Assembly: GCA_964016885.1 (NCBI GenBank)
Contig: OZ024743.1
Location: 223,944,001-224,008,000, forward strand
Origin: Eledone cirrhosa
Taxonomy: Eukaryota
DNA length: 64,000 nt
Direction of reading: 5' to 3'
Position 1 is the stretch's first letter. The number at the start of each line of letters is the position of its first letter. The notes beneath the pieces are model-generated. The model had not been told where the DNA came from and did no database searches. It saw only the letters and a program-made list of their open reading frames with translations. A program made the translations under genes and the position numbers. Shown one piece after another: positions 1-14,735 of this stretch.

Positions 1-2829
1 GTGTTGATATTGCTGTTGTTGTCATTGTTATTGGTGTTGATATTGCTGTTGTTGTCATTGTTATTGGTGTTGATATTGTTGTTGTTGTCATTGTTATTTG
101 TGTTGATATTGTTGTTGTTGTCGTTGTTATTGGTGTTGATATTGCTGTTGTTGTCATTGTTATTGGTGTTGATATTGTTGTTGTTGTCATTGTTATTGGT
201 GTTGATATTGTTGTTGTTGTGGTTGTTATTGGTGTTGATATTGTTGTTGTTGTCGTTGTTATTGGTGTTGATATTGCTGTTGTTGTCATTGTTATTGGTG
301 TTGATATTGCTATTGTTGTCGTTGTTATTGGTGTTGATATTGCTGTTGTTGTCATTGTTATTGGTGTTGATATTGCTGTTGTTGTCATTGTTATTGGTGG
401 TGATATTGTTGTTGTTGTCATTGTTATTGGTGTTGATATTGCTGTTTTTGTCATTGTTATTGGTGTTGATATTGTTGTTGTTGTCATTGTTATAGGTGGT
501 GATATTGTTGTTGTTGTCATTGTTATTGGTGTTGATATTGTTGTTGTTGTCGTTGTTATTGGTGTTGATATTGCTGTTGTTGTCATTGTTATTGGTGTTG
601 ATATTGCTGTTGTTGTCATTGTTATTCGTGTTGATATTGCTGTTGTTGTCGTTGTTATTGGTGGTGATATTGTTGTTGTTGTCATTGTTATTGGTGTTGA
701 TATTGCTGTTTTTGTCATTGTTATTGGTGTTGATATTGTTGTTGTTGTCATTGTTATAGGTGGTGATATTGTTGTTGTTGTCATTGTTATTGGTGTTGAT
801 ATTGCTGTTGTTGTCATTGTTATTGGTGTTGATATTGCTGTTGTTGTCATTGTTATTGGTGTTGATATTGCTGTTGTTGTCATTGTTATTGGTGGTGATA
901 TTGTTGTTGTTCTCATTGTTATTGGTGTTGATATTGCTGTTGTTGTCATTGTTATTGGTGGTGATATTGTTGTTGTTGTCATTGTTATTGGTGTTGATAT
1001 TGTTGTTGTTGTCATTGTTATTGGTGTTGATATTGCTGTTGTCATTGTTATTGGTGGTGATATTGTTGTTGTTGTCATTGTTATTGGTGTTGATATTGTT
1101 GTTGTTGTCATTGTTATTGGTGTTGATATTGCGGTTGTTGTCATTGTTATTGGTGGTGATATTGTTGTTGTTGTCATTGTTATTGGTGTTGATATTGCTG
1201 TTGTTGTCATTGTTATTGGTGTTGATATTGTTGTTGTTCTCATTGTTATCGGTGGTGATATTGTTGTTGTTGTCATTGTTATTGGTGGTGATATTGTTGT
1301 TGTTGTCATTGTTATTGGTGTTGATATTGCTGTTGTTGTCATTGTTATTGGTGGTGATATTGTTGTTGTTGTCATTGTTATTGGTGTTGATATTGTTGTT
1401 GTTGTCATTGTTATTGGTGTTGATATTGCTGTTGTTGTCATTGTTATTGGTGTTGATATTGCTGTTGTCATTGTTATTGGTGGTGATATTGTTGTTGTTG
1501 TCATTGTTATTGGTGTTGATATTGTTGTTGTTGTCATTGTTATTGGTGTTGATATTGCTGTTGTTGTCATTGTTATTGGTGGTGATATTGTTGTTGTTGT
1601 CATTGTTATTGGTGTTGATATTGCTGTTGTTGTCATTGTTATTGGTGTTGATATTGTTGTTGTTCTCATTGTTATCGGTGGTGATATTGTTGTTGTTGTC
1701 ATTGTTATTGGTGGTGATATTGTTGTTGTTGTCATTGTTATTGGTGTTGATATTGCTGTTGTTGTCATTGTTATTGGTGGTGATATTGTTGTTGTTGTCA
1801 TTGTTATTGGTGTTGATATTGTTGTTGTTGTCATTGTTATTGGTGTTGATATTGCTGTTGTTGTCGTTGTTATTGGTGTTGATATTGCTGTTGTTGTCGT
1901 TGTTATTGGTGTTGATATTGCTGTTGTTGTCATTGTTATTGGTGTTGATATTGCTGTTGTTGTCGTTGTTATTGGTGTTGATATTGCTGTTGTTGTCATT
2001 GTTATTGGTGTTGATATTGCTGTTGTTGTCATTGTTATTGGTGTTGATATTGCTGTTGTTGTCATTGTTATTGGTGTTGATATTGCTGTTGTTGTCGTTG
2101 TTATTGGTGTTGATATTGCTGTTGTTGTCATTGTTATTGGTATTGATATTGCTGTTGTTGTCATTGTTATTGGTGTTGATATTGCTGTTGTTGTCATTGT
2201 TATTGTTGTTGATATTGTTGTTGTTGTCGTTGTTATTGGTGTTGATATTGCTGTTGTTGTCATTGTTATTGGTGTTGATATTGCTGTTGTTGTCGTTGTT
2301 ATTGGTGTTGATATTGCTGTTGTTGTCATTGTTATTGGTGTTGATATTGCTGTTGTTGTCATTGTTATTGGTGTTGATATTGCTGTTGTTGTCATTGTTA
2401 TTGGTGTTGATATTGCTGTTGTTGTCGTTGTTATTGGTGTTGATATTGCTGTTGTTGTCATTGTTATTGGTGTTGATATTGCTGTTGTTGTCATTGTTAT
2501 TGGTGTTGATATTGCTGTTGTTGTCATTGTTATTGGTGTTGATATTGTTGTTGTTGTCGTTGTTATTGGTGTTGATATTGCTGTTGTTGTCGTTGTTATT
2601 GGTGTTGATATTGCTGTTGTTGTCGTTGTTATTGGTGTTGATATTGCTGTTGTTGTCATTGTTATTGGTGTTGATATTGCTGTTGTTGTCATTGTTATTG
2701 GTGTTGATATTGCTGTTGTTGTCATTGTTATTGGTGTTGATATTGCTGTTGTTGTCATTGTTATTGGTGTTGATATTGCTGTTGTTGTCATTGTTATTGG
2801 TGTTGATATTGTTGTTGTTGTCGTTGTTA

Positions 2830-4160
2830 TTGGTGTTGATATTGCTGTTGTTGTCATTGTTATTGGTGTTTATATTGCTGTTGTTGTCATTGTTATTGGT
2901 GGTGATATTGCTGTTGTTGTCATTGTTATTGGTGTTGATATTGCTGTTGTTGTCATTGTTATTGGTGTTGATATTGCTGTTGTTGTTATTGTTATTGGTG
3001 GTGATATCGCTGTTGTTGTCATAGTTATTGGTGTTGATATTGCTGTTGTTGTCATTGTTATTGGTGTTGATATTGCTGTTGTTGTCATTGTTATTGGTGT
3101 TGATATTGTTGTTGTTGTCATTGTTATTTGTGTTGATATTGTTGTTGTTGTCGTTGTTATTGGTGGTGATATTGTTGTTGTTGTCATTGTTATTGGTGTT
3201 GATATTGTTGTTGTTGTCATTGTTATTGGTGTTGATATTGTTGTTGTTGTCATTGTTATTGGTGTTGATATTGTTGTTGTTGTCGTTGTTATTGGTGTTG
3301 ATATTGCTGTTGTTGTCATTGTTATTGGTGTTGATAGTGCTATTGTTGTCGTTGTTATTGGTGTTGATATTGCTGTTGTTGTCATTGTTATTGGTGTTTA
3401 TATTGCTGTTGTTGTCATTGTTATTGGTGTTGATATTGCTGTTGTTGTCATTGTTATTGGTGTTGATATTGCTGTTGTTGTCATTGTTATTGGTGTTGAT
3501 ATTGCTGTTGTTGTCATTGTTATTGGTGTTGATATTGCTGTTGTTGTCATTGTTATTGGTGTTGATATTGTTGTTGTTGTCGTTGTTATTGGTGTTGATA
3601 TTGCTGTTGTTGTCATTGTTATTGGTGTTTATATTGCTGTTGTTGTCATTGTTATTGGTGGTGATATTGCTGTTGTTGTCATTGTTATTGGTGTTGATAT
3701 TGCTGTTGTTGTCATTGTTATTGGTGTTGATATTGCTGTTGTTGTTATTGTTATTGGTGGTGATATTGCTGTTGTTGTCATAGTTATTGGTGTTGATATT
3801 GCTGTTGTTGTCATTGTTATTGGTGTTGATATTGCTGTTGTTGTCATTGTTATTGGTGTTGATATTGTTGTTGTTGTCATTGTTATTTGTGTTGATATTG
3901 TTGTTGTTGTCGTTGTTATTGGTGGTGATATTGTTGTTGTTGTCATTGTTATTGGTGTTGATATTGTTGTTGTTGTCATTGTTATTGGTGTTGATATTGT
4001 TGTTGTTGTCATTGTTATTGGTGTTGATATTGTTGTTGTTGTCGTTGTTATTGGTGTTGATATTGCTGTTGTTGTCATTGTTATTGGTGTTGATATTGCT
4101 ATTGTTGTCGTTGTTATTGGTGTTGATATTGCTGTTGTTGTCATTGTTATTGGTGTTTAT
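2830..4160. repeat. Higher-order duplication, 759-bp offset (23 units)
   Basis: Marker series GTTTAT, CATAGT, ATTTGT, GCTATT repeats at +759. Near-identical ORFs 2870..3385 and 3629..4144. Boundaries approximate. Confidence 0.85.
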
Positions 4161-7100
4161 ATTGCTGTTGTTGTCATTGTTATTGGTGGTGATATTGCTG
4201 TTGTTGTCATTGTTATTCGTGTTGATATTGCTGTTGTTGTCGTTGTTATTGGTGGTGATATTGTTGTTGTTGTCATTGTTATTGGTGTTGATGTTGCTGT
4301 TTTTGTCATTGTTATTGGTGTTGATATTGTTGTTGTTGTCATTGTTATAGGTGGTGATATTGTTGTTGTTGTCATTGTTATTGGTGGTGATATTGTTGTT
4401 GTTCTCATTGTTATTGGTGTTGATATTGCTGTTGTTGTCATTGTTATTGGTGTTGATATTGTTGTTGTTGTCATTGTTATTGGTGTTGATATTGCTGTTG
4501 TCATTGTTATTGGTGGTGATATTGTTGTTGTTGTCATTGTTATTGGTGTTGATATTGTTGTTGTTGTCATTGTTATTGGTGTTGATATTGCGGTTGTTGT
4601 CATTGTTATTGGTGTTGATATTGTTGTTGTTGTCGTTGTTATTGGTGTTGATATTGCTGTTGTTGTCATTGTTATTGGTGTTGATATTGCTGTTGTTGTC
4701 ATTGTTATTGGTGTTGATATTGCTGTTGTTGTCATTGTTATTGGTGTTGATATTGCTGTTGTTGTCATTGTTATTGGTGTTGATATTGTTGTTGTTGTCG
4801 TTGTTATTGGTGTTGATATTGCTGTTGTTGTCGTTGTTATTGGTGTTGATATTGCTGTTGTTGTCGTTGTTATTGGTGTTGATATTGCTGTTGTTGTCAT
4901 TGTTATTGGTGTTGATATTACTGTTGTTGTCATTGTTATTGGTGTTGATATTGCTGTTGTTGTCATTGTTATTGGTGTTGATACTGCTGTTGTTGTCAAT
5001 GTTATTGGTGTTGATATTGCTGTTGTTGTCATTGTTATTGGTGTTGATATTGCTGTTGTTGTCATTGTTATTGGTGTTGATATTGTTGTTGTTGTGGTTG
5101 TTATTGGTGTTGATATTGTTGTTGTTGTCGTTGTTATTGGTGTTGATATTGCTGTTGTTGTCATTGTTATTGGTGTTTATATTGCTGTTGTTGTCATTGT
5201 TATTGGTGGTGATATTGCTGTTGTTGTCATTGTTATTGGTGTTGATATTGCTGTTGTTGTCATTGTTATTGGTGTTGATATTGCTGTTGTTGTCATTGTT
5301 ATTGGTGGTGATATTGCTGTTGTTGTCATAGTTATTGGTGTTGATATTGCTGTTGTTGTCATTGTTATTGGTGTTGATATTGCTGTTGTTGTCATTGTTA
5401 TTGGTGTTGATATTGTTGTTGTTGTCATTGTTATTTGTGTTGATATTGTTGTTGTTGTCGTTGTTATTGGTGTTGATATTGCTGTTGTTGTCATTGTTAT
5501 TGGTGTTGATATTGTTGTTGTTGTCATTGTTATTGGTGTTGATATTGTTGTTGTTGTGGTTGTTATTGGTGTTTATATTGCTGTTGTTGTCATTGTTATT
5601 GGTGGTGATATTGCTGTTGTTGTCATTGTTATTCGTGTTGATATTGCTGTTGTTGTCGTTGTTATTGGTGGTGATATTGTTGTTGTTGTCATTGTTATTG
5701 GTGTTGATGTTGCTGTTTTTGTCATTGTTATTGGTGTTGATATTGTTGTTGTTGTCATTGTTATAGGTGGTGATATTGTTGTTGTTGTCATTGTTATTGG
5801 TGGTGATATTGTTGTTGTTCTCATTGTTATTGGTGTTGATATTGCTGTTGTTGTCATTGTTATTGGTGTTGATATTGTTGTTGTTGTCATTGTTATTGGT
5901 GTTGATATTGCTGTTGTCATTGTTATTGGTGGTGATATTGTTGTTGTTGTCATTGTTATTGGTGTTGATATTGTTGTTGTTGTCATTGTTATTGGTGTTG
6001 ATATTGCGGTTGTTGTCATTGTTATTGGTGTTGATATTGTTGTTGTTGTCGTTGTTATTGGTGTTGATATTGCTGTTGTTGTCATTGTTATTGGTGTTGA
6101 TATTGCTGTTGTTGTCATTGTTATTGGTGTTGATATTGCTGTTGTTGTCATTGTTATTGGTGTTGATATTGTTGTTGTTGTCGTTGTTATTGGTGTTGAT
6201 ATTGTTGTTGTTGTCGTTGTTATTGGTGTTGATATTGCTGTTGTTGTCGTTGTTATTGGTGTTGATATTGCTGTTGTTGTCATTGTTATTGGTGTTGATA
6301 TTGCTGTTGTTGTCATTGTTATTGGTGTTGATATTGCTGTTGTTGTCATTGTTATTGGTGTTGATATTGCTGTTGTTGTCATTGTTATTGGTGTTGATAC
6401 TGCTGTTGTTGTCAATGTTATTGGTGTTGATATTGCTGTTGTTGTCATTGTTATTGGTGTTGATATTGCTGTTGTTGTCGTTGTTATTGGTGTTGATATT
6501 GTTGTTGTTGTGGTTGTTATTGGTGTTGATATTGTTGTTGTTGTCGTTGTTATTGGTGTTGATATAGCTGTTGTTGTCATTGTTATTGGTGTTTATATTG
6601 CTGTTGTTGTCATTGTTATTGGTGGTGATATTGCTGTTGTTGTCATTGTTATTGGTGTTGATATTGCTGCTGTTGTCATTGTTATTGGTGTTGATATTGC
6701 TGTTGTTGTCATTGTTATTGGTGGTGATATTGCTGTTGTTGTCATAGTTATTGGTGTTGATATTGCTGTTGTTGTCATTGTTATTGGTGTTGATATTGCT
6801 GTTGTTGTCATTGTTATTGGTGTTGATATTGTTGTTGTTGTCATTGTTATTTGTGTTGATATTGTTGTTGTTGTCGTTGTTATTGGTGTTGATATTGCTG
6901 TTGTTGTCATTGTTATTGGTGTTGATATTGCTGTTGTGGTTATTGTTATTGGTGGTGATATTGCTGTTGTTGTCATAGTTATTGGTGTTGATATTGCTGT
7001 TGTTGTCATTGTTATTGGTGTTGATATTGCTGTTGTTGTCATTGTTATTGGTGTTGATATTGTTGTTGTTGTCATTGTTATTTGTGTTGATATTGTTGTT

Positions 7101-10100
7101 GTTGTCGTTGTTATTGGTGGTGATATTGTTGTTGTTGTCATTGTTATTGGTGTTGATATTGTTGTTGTTGTCATTGTTATTGGTGTTGATATTGTTGTTG
7201 TTGTCATTGTTATTGGTGTTGATATTGTTGTTGTTGTCGTTGTTATTGGTGTTGATATTGCTGTTGTTGTCATTGTTATTGGTGTTGATATTGCTATTGT
7301 TGTCGTTGTTATTGGTGTTGATATTGCTGTTGTTGTCATTGTTATTGGTGTTTATATTGCTGTTGTTGTCATTGTTATTGGTGGTGATATTGCTGTTGTT
7401 GTCATTGTTATTCGTGTTGATATTGCTGTTGTTGTCGTTGTTATTGGTGGTGATATTGTTGTTGTTGTCATTGTTATTGGTGTTGATGTTGCTGTTTTTG
7501 TCATTGTTATTGGTGTTGATATTGTTGTTGTTGTCATTGTTATAGGTGGTGATATTGTTGTTGTTGTCATTGTTATTGGTGGTGATATTGTTGTTGTTCT
7601 CATTGTTATTGGTGTTGATATTGCTGTTGTTGTCATTGTTATTGGTGTTGATATTGTTGTTGTTGTCATTGTTATTGGTGTTGATATTGCTGTTGTCATT
7701 GTTATTGGTGGTGATATTGTTGTTGTTGTCATTGTTATTGGTGTTGATATTGTTGTTGTTGTCATTGTTATTGGTGTTGATATTGCGGTTGTTGTCATTG
7801 TTATTGGTGTTGATATTGTTGTTGTTGTCGTTGTTATTGGTGTTGATATTGCTGTTGTTGTCATTGTTATTGGTGTTGATATTGCTGTTGTTGTCATTGT
7901 TATTGGTGTTGATATTGCTGTTGTTGTCATTGTTATTGGTGTTGATATTGCTGTTGTTGTCATTGTTATTGGTGTTGATATTGTTGTTGTTGTCGTTGTT
8001 ATTGGTGTTGATATTGCTGTTGTTGTCGTTGTTATTGGTGTTGATATTGCTGTTGTTGTCGTTGTTATTGGTGTTGATATTGCTGTTGTTGTCATTGTTA
8101 TTGGTGTTGATATTACTGTTGTTGTCATTGTTATTGGTGTTGATATTGCTGTTGTTGTCATTGTTATTGGTGTTGATACTGCTGTTGTTGTCAATGTTAT
8201 TGGTGTTGATATTGCTGTTGTTGTCATTGTTATTGGTGTTGATATTGCTGTTGTTGTCATTGTTATTGGTGTTGATATTGTTGTTGTTGTGGTTGTTATT
8301 GGTGTTGATATTGTTGTTGTTGTCGTTGTTATTGGTGTTGATATTGCTGTTGTTGTCATTGTTATTGGTGTTTATATTGCTGTTGTTGTCATTGTTATTG
8401 GTGGTGATATTGCTGTTGTTGTCATTGTTATTGGTGTTGATATTGCTGTTGTTGTCATTGTTATTGGTGTTGATATTGCTGTTGTTGTCATTGTTATTGG
8501 TGGTGATATTGCTGTTGTTGTCATAGTTATTGGTGTTGATATTGCTGTTGTTGTCATTGTTATTGGTGTTGATATTGCTGTTGTTGTCATTGTTATTGGT
8601 GTTGATATTGTTGTTGTTGTCATTGTTATTTGTGTTGATATTGTTGTTGTTGTCGTTGTTATTGGTGTTGATATTGCTGTTGTTGTCATTGTTATTGGTG
8701 TTGATATTGTTGTTGTTGTCATTGTTATTGGTGTTGATATTGTTGTTGTTGTGGTTGTTATTGGTGTTTATATTGCTGTTGTTGTCATTGTTATTGGTGG
8801 TGATATTGCTGTTGTTGTCATTGTTATTCGTGTTGATATTGCTGTTGTTGTCGTTGTTATTGGTGGTGATATTGTTGTTGTTGTCATTGTTATTGGTGTT
8901 GATGTTGCTGTTTTTGTCATTGTTATTGGTGTTGATATTGTTGTTGTTGTCATTGTTATAGGTGGTGATATTGTTGTTGTTGTCATTGTTATTGGTGGTG
9001 ATATTGTTGTTGTTCTCATTGTTATTGGTGTTGATATTGCTGTTGTTGTCATTGTTATTGGTGTTGATATTGTTGTTGTTGTCATTGTTATTGGTGTTGA
9101 TATTGCTGTTGTCATTGTTATTGGTGGTGATATTGTTGTTGTTGTCATTGTTATTGGTGTTGATATTGTTGTTGTTGTCATTGTTATTGGTGTTGATATT
9201 GCGGTTGTTGTCATTGTTATTGGTGTTGATATTGTTGTTGTTGTCGTTGTTATTGGTGTTGATATTGCTGTTGTTGTCATTGTTATTGGTGTTGATATTG
9301 CTGTTGTTGTCATTGTTATTGGTGTTGATATTGCTGTTGTTGTCATTGTTATTGGTGTTGATATTGCTGTTGTTGTCATTGTTATTGGTGTTGATATTGT
9401 TGTTGTTGTCGTTGTTATTGGTGTTGATATTGCTGTTGTTGTCGTTGTTATTGGTGTTGATATTGCTGTTGTTGTCGTTGTTATTGGTGTTGATATTGCT
9501 GTTGTTGTCATTGTTATTGGTGTTGATATTACTGTTGTTGTCATTGTTATTGGTGTTGATATTGCTGTTGTTGTCATTGTTATTGGTGTTGATACTGCTG
9601 TTGTTGTCAATGTTATTGGTGTTGATATTGCTGTTGTTGTCATTGTTATTGGTGTTGATATTGCTGTTGTTGTCATTGTTATTGGTGTTGATATTGTTGT
9701 TGTTGTGGTTGTTATTGGTGTTGATATTGTTGTTGTTGTCGTTGTTATTGGTGTTGATATAGCTGTTGTTGTCATTGTTATTGGTGTTTATATTGCTGTT
9801 GTTGTCATTGTTATTGGTGGTGATATTGCTGTTGTTGTCATTGTTATTGGTGTTGATATTGCTGTTGTTGTCATTGTTATTGGTGTTGATATTGCTGTTG
9901 TTGTCATTGTTATTGGTGGTGATATTGCTGTTGTTGTCATAGTTATTGGTGTTGATATTGCTGTTGTTGTCATTGTTATTGGTGTTGATATTGCTGTTGT
10001 TGTCATTGTTATTGGTGTTGATATTGTTGTTGTTGTCATTGTTATTTGTGTTGATATTGTTGTTGTTGTCGTTGTTATTGGTGTTGATATTGCTGTTGTT

Positions 10101-10170
10101 GTCATTGTTATTGGTGTTGATATTGTTGTTGTTGTCATTGTTATTGGTGTTGATATTGTTGTTGTTGTGG
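4157..10170. repeat. Higher-order repeat, four copies of a ~1416-bp (43-unit) block with spacings 1416, 1779, 1416 (3195-bp super-period)
   Basis: Four 335-aa ORFs end at 4157, 5573, 7352 and 8768. Shared rare markers: GATGTTGCTGTTTTT, GATACT..GTCAAT (about 4980, 6397, 8175, 9591), ATTCGT, GCGGTT. Confidence 0.9.
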
Positions 10171-10444
10171 TTGTTATTGGTGTTGATATTGTTGTTGTTG
10201 TCGTTGTTATTGGTGTTGATATTGCTGTTGTTGTCATTGTTATTGGTGTTGATATTGCTATTGTTGTCGTTGTTATTGGTGTTGATATTGCTGTTGTTGT
10301 CATTGTTATTGGTGTTGATATTGCTGTTGTTGTCATTGTTATTGGTGGTGATATTGTTGTTGTTGTCATTGTTATTGGTGTTGATATTGCTGTTTTTGTC
10401 ATTATTATTGGTGTTGATATTGTTGTTGTTGTCATTGTTATAGG

Positions 10445-13400
10445 TGGTGATATTGTTGTTGTTGTCATTGTTATTGGTGTTGATATTGTTGTTGTTGTCG
10501 TTGTTATTGGTGTTGATATTGCTGTTGTTGTCATTGTTATTGGTGTTGATATTGCTGTTGTTGTCATTGTTATTCGTGTTGATATTGCTGTTGTCGTTGT
10601 TATTGGTGGTGATATTGTTGTTGTTGTCATTGTTATTGGTGTTGATATTGCTGTTTTTGTCATTGTTATTGGTGTTGATATTGTTGTTGTTGTCATTGTT
10701 ATAGGTGGTGATATTGTTGTTGTTGTCATTGTTATTGGTGTTGATATTGCTGTTGTTGTCATTGTTATTGGTGTTGATATTGCTGTTGTTGTCATTGTTA
10801 TTGGTGTTGATATTGCTGTTGTTGTCATTGTTATTGGTGGTGATATTGTTGTTGTTCTCATTGTTATTGGTGTTGATATTGCTGTTGTTGTCATTGTTAT
10901 TGGTGGTGATATTGTTGTTGTTGTCATTGTTATTGGTGTTGATATTGTTGTTGTTGTCATTGTTATTGGTGTTGATATTGCTGTTGTCATTGTTATTGGT
11001 GGTGATATTGTTGTTGTTGTCATTGTTATTGGTGTTGATATTGTTGTTGTTGTCATTGTTATTGGTGTTGATATTGCGGTTGTTGTCGTTGTTATTGGTG
11101 GTGATATTGTTGTTGTTGTCATTGTTGTCATTGTTATTGGTGTTGATATTGTTGTTGTTGTCATTGTTATTGGTGTTGATATTGTTGTTGTTGTCATTGT
11201 TATTGGTGTTGATATTGTTGTTGTTGTCGTTGTTATTGGTGTTGATATTGCTGTTGTTGTCCTTGTTATTGGTGTTGATATTGCTGTTGTTGTCATTGTT
11301 ATTGGTGTTGATATTGCTGTTGTTGTCATTGTCATTGGTGGTGATATTGCTGTTGTTGTCATTGTTATTGGTGTTGATATTGCTGTTGTTGTCATTGTTA
11401 TTGGTGTTGATATTGTTGTTGTTGTCGTTGTTATTGGTGGTGATATTGTTGTTGTTGTGGTTGTTATTGGTGTTGATGTTGTTGTTGTTGTCGTTGTTAT
11501 TGGTGGTGATATTGTTGTTGTTGTGGTTGTTATTGGTGTTGATGTTGTTGTTGTTGTCGTTGTTATTGGTGGTGATATTGTTGTTGTTGTGGTTGTTATT
11601 GGTGTTGATGTTGTTGTTGTTGTCGTTGTTATTGGTGGTGATATTGTTGTTGTTGTCGTTGTTATTGGTGTTGATATTGGTGTTGTTGTCATTGTTATTG
11701 GTGTTGATATTGTTTTTGTCATTGTTATTGGTGTTGATATTGTTTTTGTCATTGTTATTGGTGTTGATATTGTTGTTGTCGTCATTGTTATTGGTGTTGA
11801 TATTGTTGTTGTTGTCGTTGTTATTGGTGTTGATATTGCTGTTGTTGTCGTTGTTATTGGTGTTGATATTGTTGTTGTTGTCATTGTTATTGGTGTTGAT
11901 ATTGTTGTTGTTGTCGTTGTTGTTGGTGTTGATATTGTTATTGTTGTCATTGTTATTGGTGTTGATATTGTTGTTGTTATCGTTGTTATTGGTGTTGATA
12001 TTGTTGTTGTTGTCATTGTTATTGCTGTTGATATTGTTGTTGTTGTCGTTGTTATTGGTGGTGATATTGTTGTTGTTGTTGTCGTTGTTATTGGTGTTGA
12101 TATTGCTGTTGTTGTCGTTGTTATTGGTGGTGATATTTTTGTTGTTGTCGTTGTTATTGGTCTTGATATTGCTGTTGTTGTCGTTGTTATTGGTGTTGAT
12201 ATTGCTGTTGTTGTCATTGTTATTGGTGTTGACATTGTTGTTGCTGTCGTTGTTATTGGTGTTGATATTGTTGTTGTTGTTGTTGTTATTGGTGTTGATA
12301 TTGCTGTTGTTGTCATTGTTATTGGTGTTGATATTGTTGTTGTTGTTATTGTTATTGGTGTTGATATTGCTGTTGTTGTTATTGTTATTGTTGGTGATAT
12401 TGCTGTTGTTGTCGTTGTTATTGGTGGTGATATTGTTGTTGTTGTCATTGTTATTGGTGTTGATATTGTTGTTGTTGTCATTGTTATTGGTGTTGATATT
12501 GCTGTTGTTGTCATTGTTATTGGTGGTGATATTGTTGTTGTTGTCATTGTTATTGGTGGTGATATTGTTGTTGTTGTCATTGTTATTGGTGGTGATATTG
12601 TTGTTGTTGTCATTGTTATTGGTGTTGATATTGTTGTTGTTGTCGTTGTTATTGGTGTTGATATTGCTGTTGTTGTCATTGTTATTGGTGTTGATATTGC
12701 TGTTGTTGTCATTGTTATTCGTGTTGATATTGCTGTTGTCGTTGTTATTGGTGGTGATATTGTTGTTGTTGTCATTGTTATTGGTGTTGATATTGCTGTT
12801 TTTGTCATTGTTATTGGTGTTGATATTGTTGTTGTTGTCATTGTTATAGGTGGTGATATTGTTGTTGTTGTCATTGTTATTGGTGTTGATATTGCTGTTG
12901 TTGTCATTGTTATTGGTGTTGATATTGCTGTTGTTGTCATTGTTATTGGTGTTGATATTGCTGTTGTTGTCATTGTTATTGGTGGTGATATTGTTGTTGT
13001 TCTCATTGTTATTGGTGTTGATATTGCTGTTGTTGTCATTGTTATTGGTGGTGATATTGTTGTTGTTGTCATTGTTATTGGTGTTGATATTGTTGTTGTT
13101 GTCATTGTTATTGGTGTTGATATTGCTGTTGTCATTGTTATTGGTGGTGATATTGTTGTTGTTGTCATTGTTATTGGTGTTGATATTGTTGTTGTTGTCA
13201 TTGTTATTGGTGTTGATATTGCGGTTGTTGTCGTTGTTATTGGTGGTGATATTGTTGTTGTTGTCATTGTTGTCATTGTTATTGGTGTTGATATTGTTGT
13301 TGTTGTCATTGTTATTGGTGTTGATATTGTTGTTGTTGTCATTGTTATTGGTGTTGATATTGTTGTTGTTGTCGTTGTTATTGGTGTTGATATTGCTGTT

Positions 13401-14735
13401 GTTGTCCTTGTTATTGGTGTTGATATTGCTGTTGTTGTCATTGTTATTGGTGTTGATATTGCTGTTGTTGTCATTGTCATTGGTGGTGATATTGCTGTTG
13501 TTGTCATTGTTATTGGTGTTGATATTGCTGTTGTTGTCATTGTTATTGGTGTTGATATTGTTGTTGTTGTCGTTGTTATTGGTGGTGATATTGTTGTTGT
13601 TGTGGTTGTTATTGGTGTTGATGTTGTTGTTGTTGTCGTTGTTATTGGTGGTGATATTGTTGTTGTTGTGGTTGTTATTGGTGTTGATGTTGTTGTTGTT
13701 GTCGTTGTTATTGGTGGTGATATTGTTGTTGTTGTGGTTGTTATTGGTGTTGATGTTGTTGTTGTTGTCGTTGTTATTGGTGGTGATATTGTTGTTGTTG
13801 TCGTTGTTATTGGTGTTGATATTGGTGTTGTTGTCATTGTTATTGGTGTTGATATTGTTTTTGTCATTGTTATTGGTGTTGATATTGTTTTTGTCATTGT
13901 TATTGGTGTTGATATTGTTGTTGTCGTCATTGTTATTGGTGTTGATATTGTTGTTGTTGTCGTTGTTATTGGTGTTGATATTGCTGTTGTTGTCGTTGTT
14001 ATTGGTGTTGATATTGTTGTTGTTGTCATTGTTATTGGTGTTGATATTGTTGTTGTTGTCGTTGTTGTTGGTGTTGATATTGTTATTGTTGTCATTGTTA
14101 TTGGTGTTGATATTGTTGTTGTTATCGTTGTTATTGGTGTTGATATTGTTGTTGTTGTCATTGTTATTGCTGTTGATATTGTTGTTGTTGTCGTTGTTAT
14201 TGGTGGTGATATTGTTGTTGTTGTTGTCGTTGTTATTGGTGTTGATATTGCTGTTGTTGTCGTTGTTATTGGTGGTGATATTTTTGTTGTTGTCGTTGTT
14301 ATTGGTCTTGATATTGCTGTTGTTGTCGTTGTTATTGGTGTTGATATTGCTGTTGTTGTCATTGTTATTGGTGTTGACATTGTTGTTGCTGTCGTTGTTA
14401 TTGGTGTTGATATTGTTGTTGTTGTTGTTGTTATTGGTGTTGATATTGCTGTTGTTGTCATTGTTATTGGTGTTGATATTGTTGTTGTTGTTATTGTTAT
14501 TGGTGTTGATATTGCTGTTGTTGTTATTGTTATTGTTGGTGATATTGCTGTTGTTGTCGTTGTTATTGGTGGTGATATTGTTGTTGTTGTCATTGTTATT
14601 GGTGTTGATATTGTTGTTGTTGTCATTGTTATTGGTGTTGATATTGCTGTTGTTGTCATTGTTATTGGTGGTGATATTGTTGTTGTTGTCATTGTTATTG
14701 GTGGTGATATTGTTGTTGTTGTCATTGTTATTGGT
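10445..14735. repeat. Tandem higher-order duplication, 2145-bp period
   Basis: ORF starts 10705 and 12850 have matching translations. Markers ATTCGT plus short unit (10573/12718), 42-bp unit (~11098/13243), ATTGGTGTT-type unit (~11676/13821) and GATATTTTT (~12133/14278) are all offset by 2145. Confidence 0.92.
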
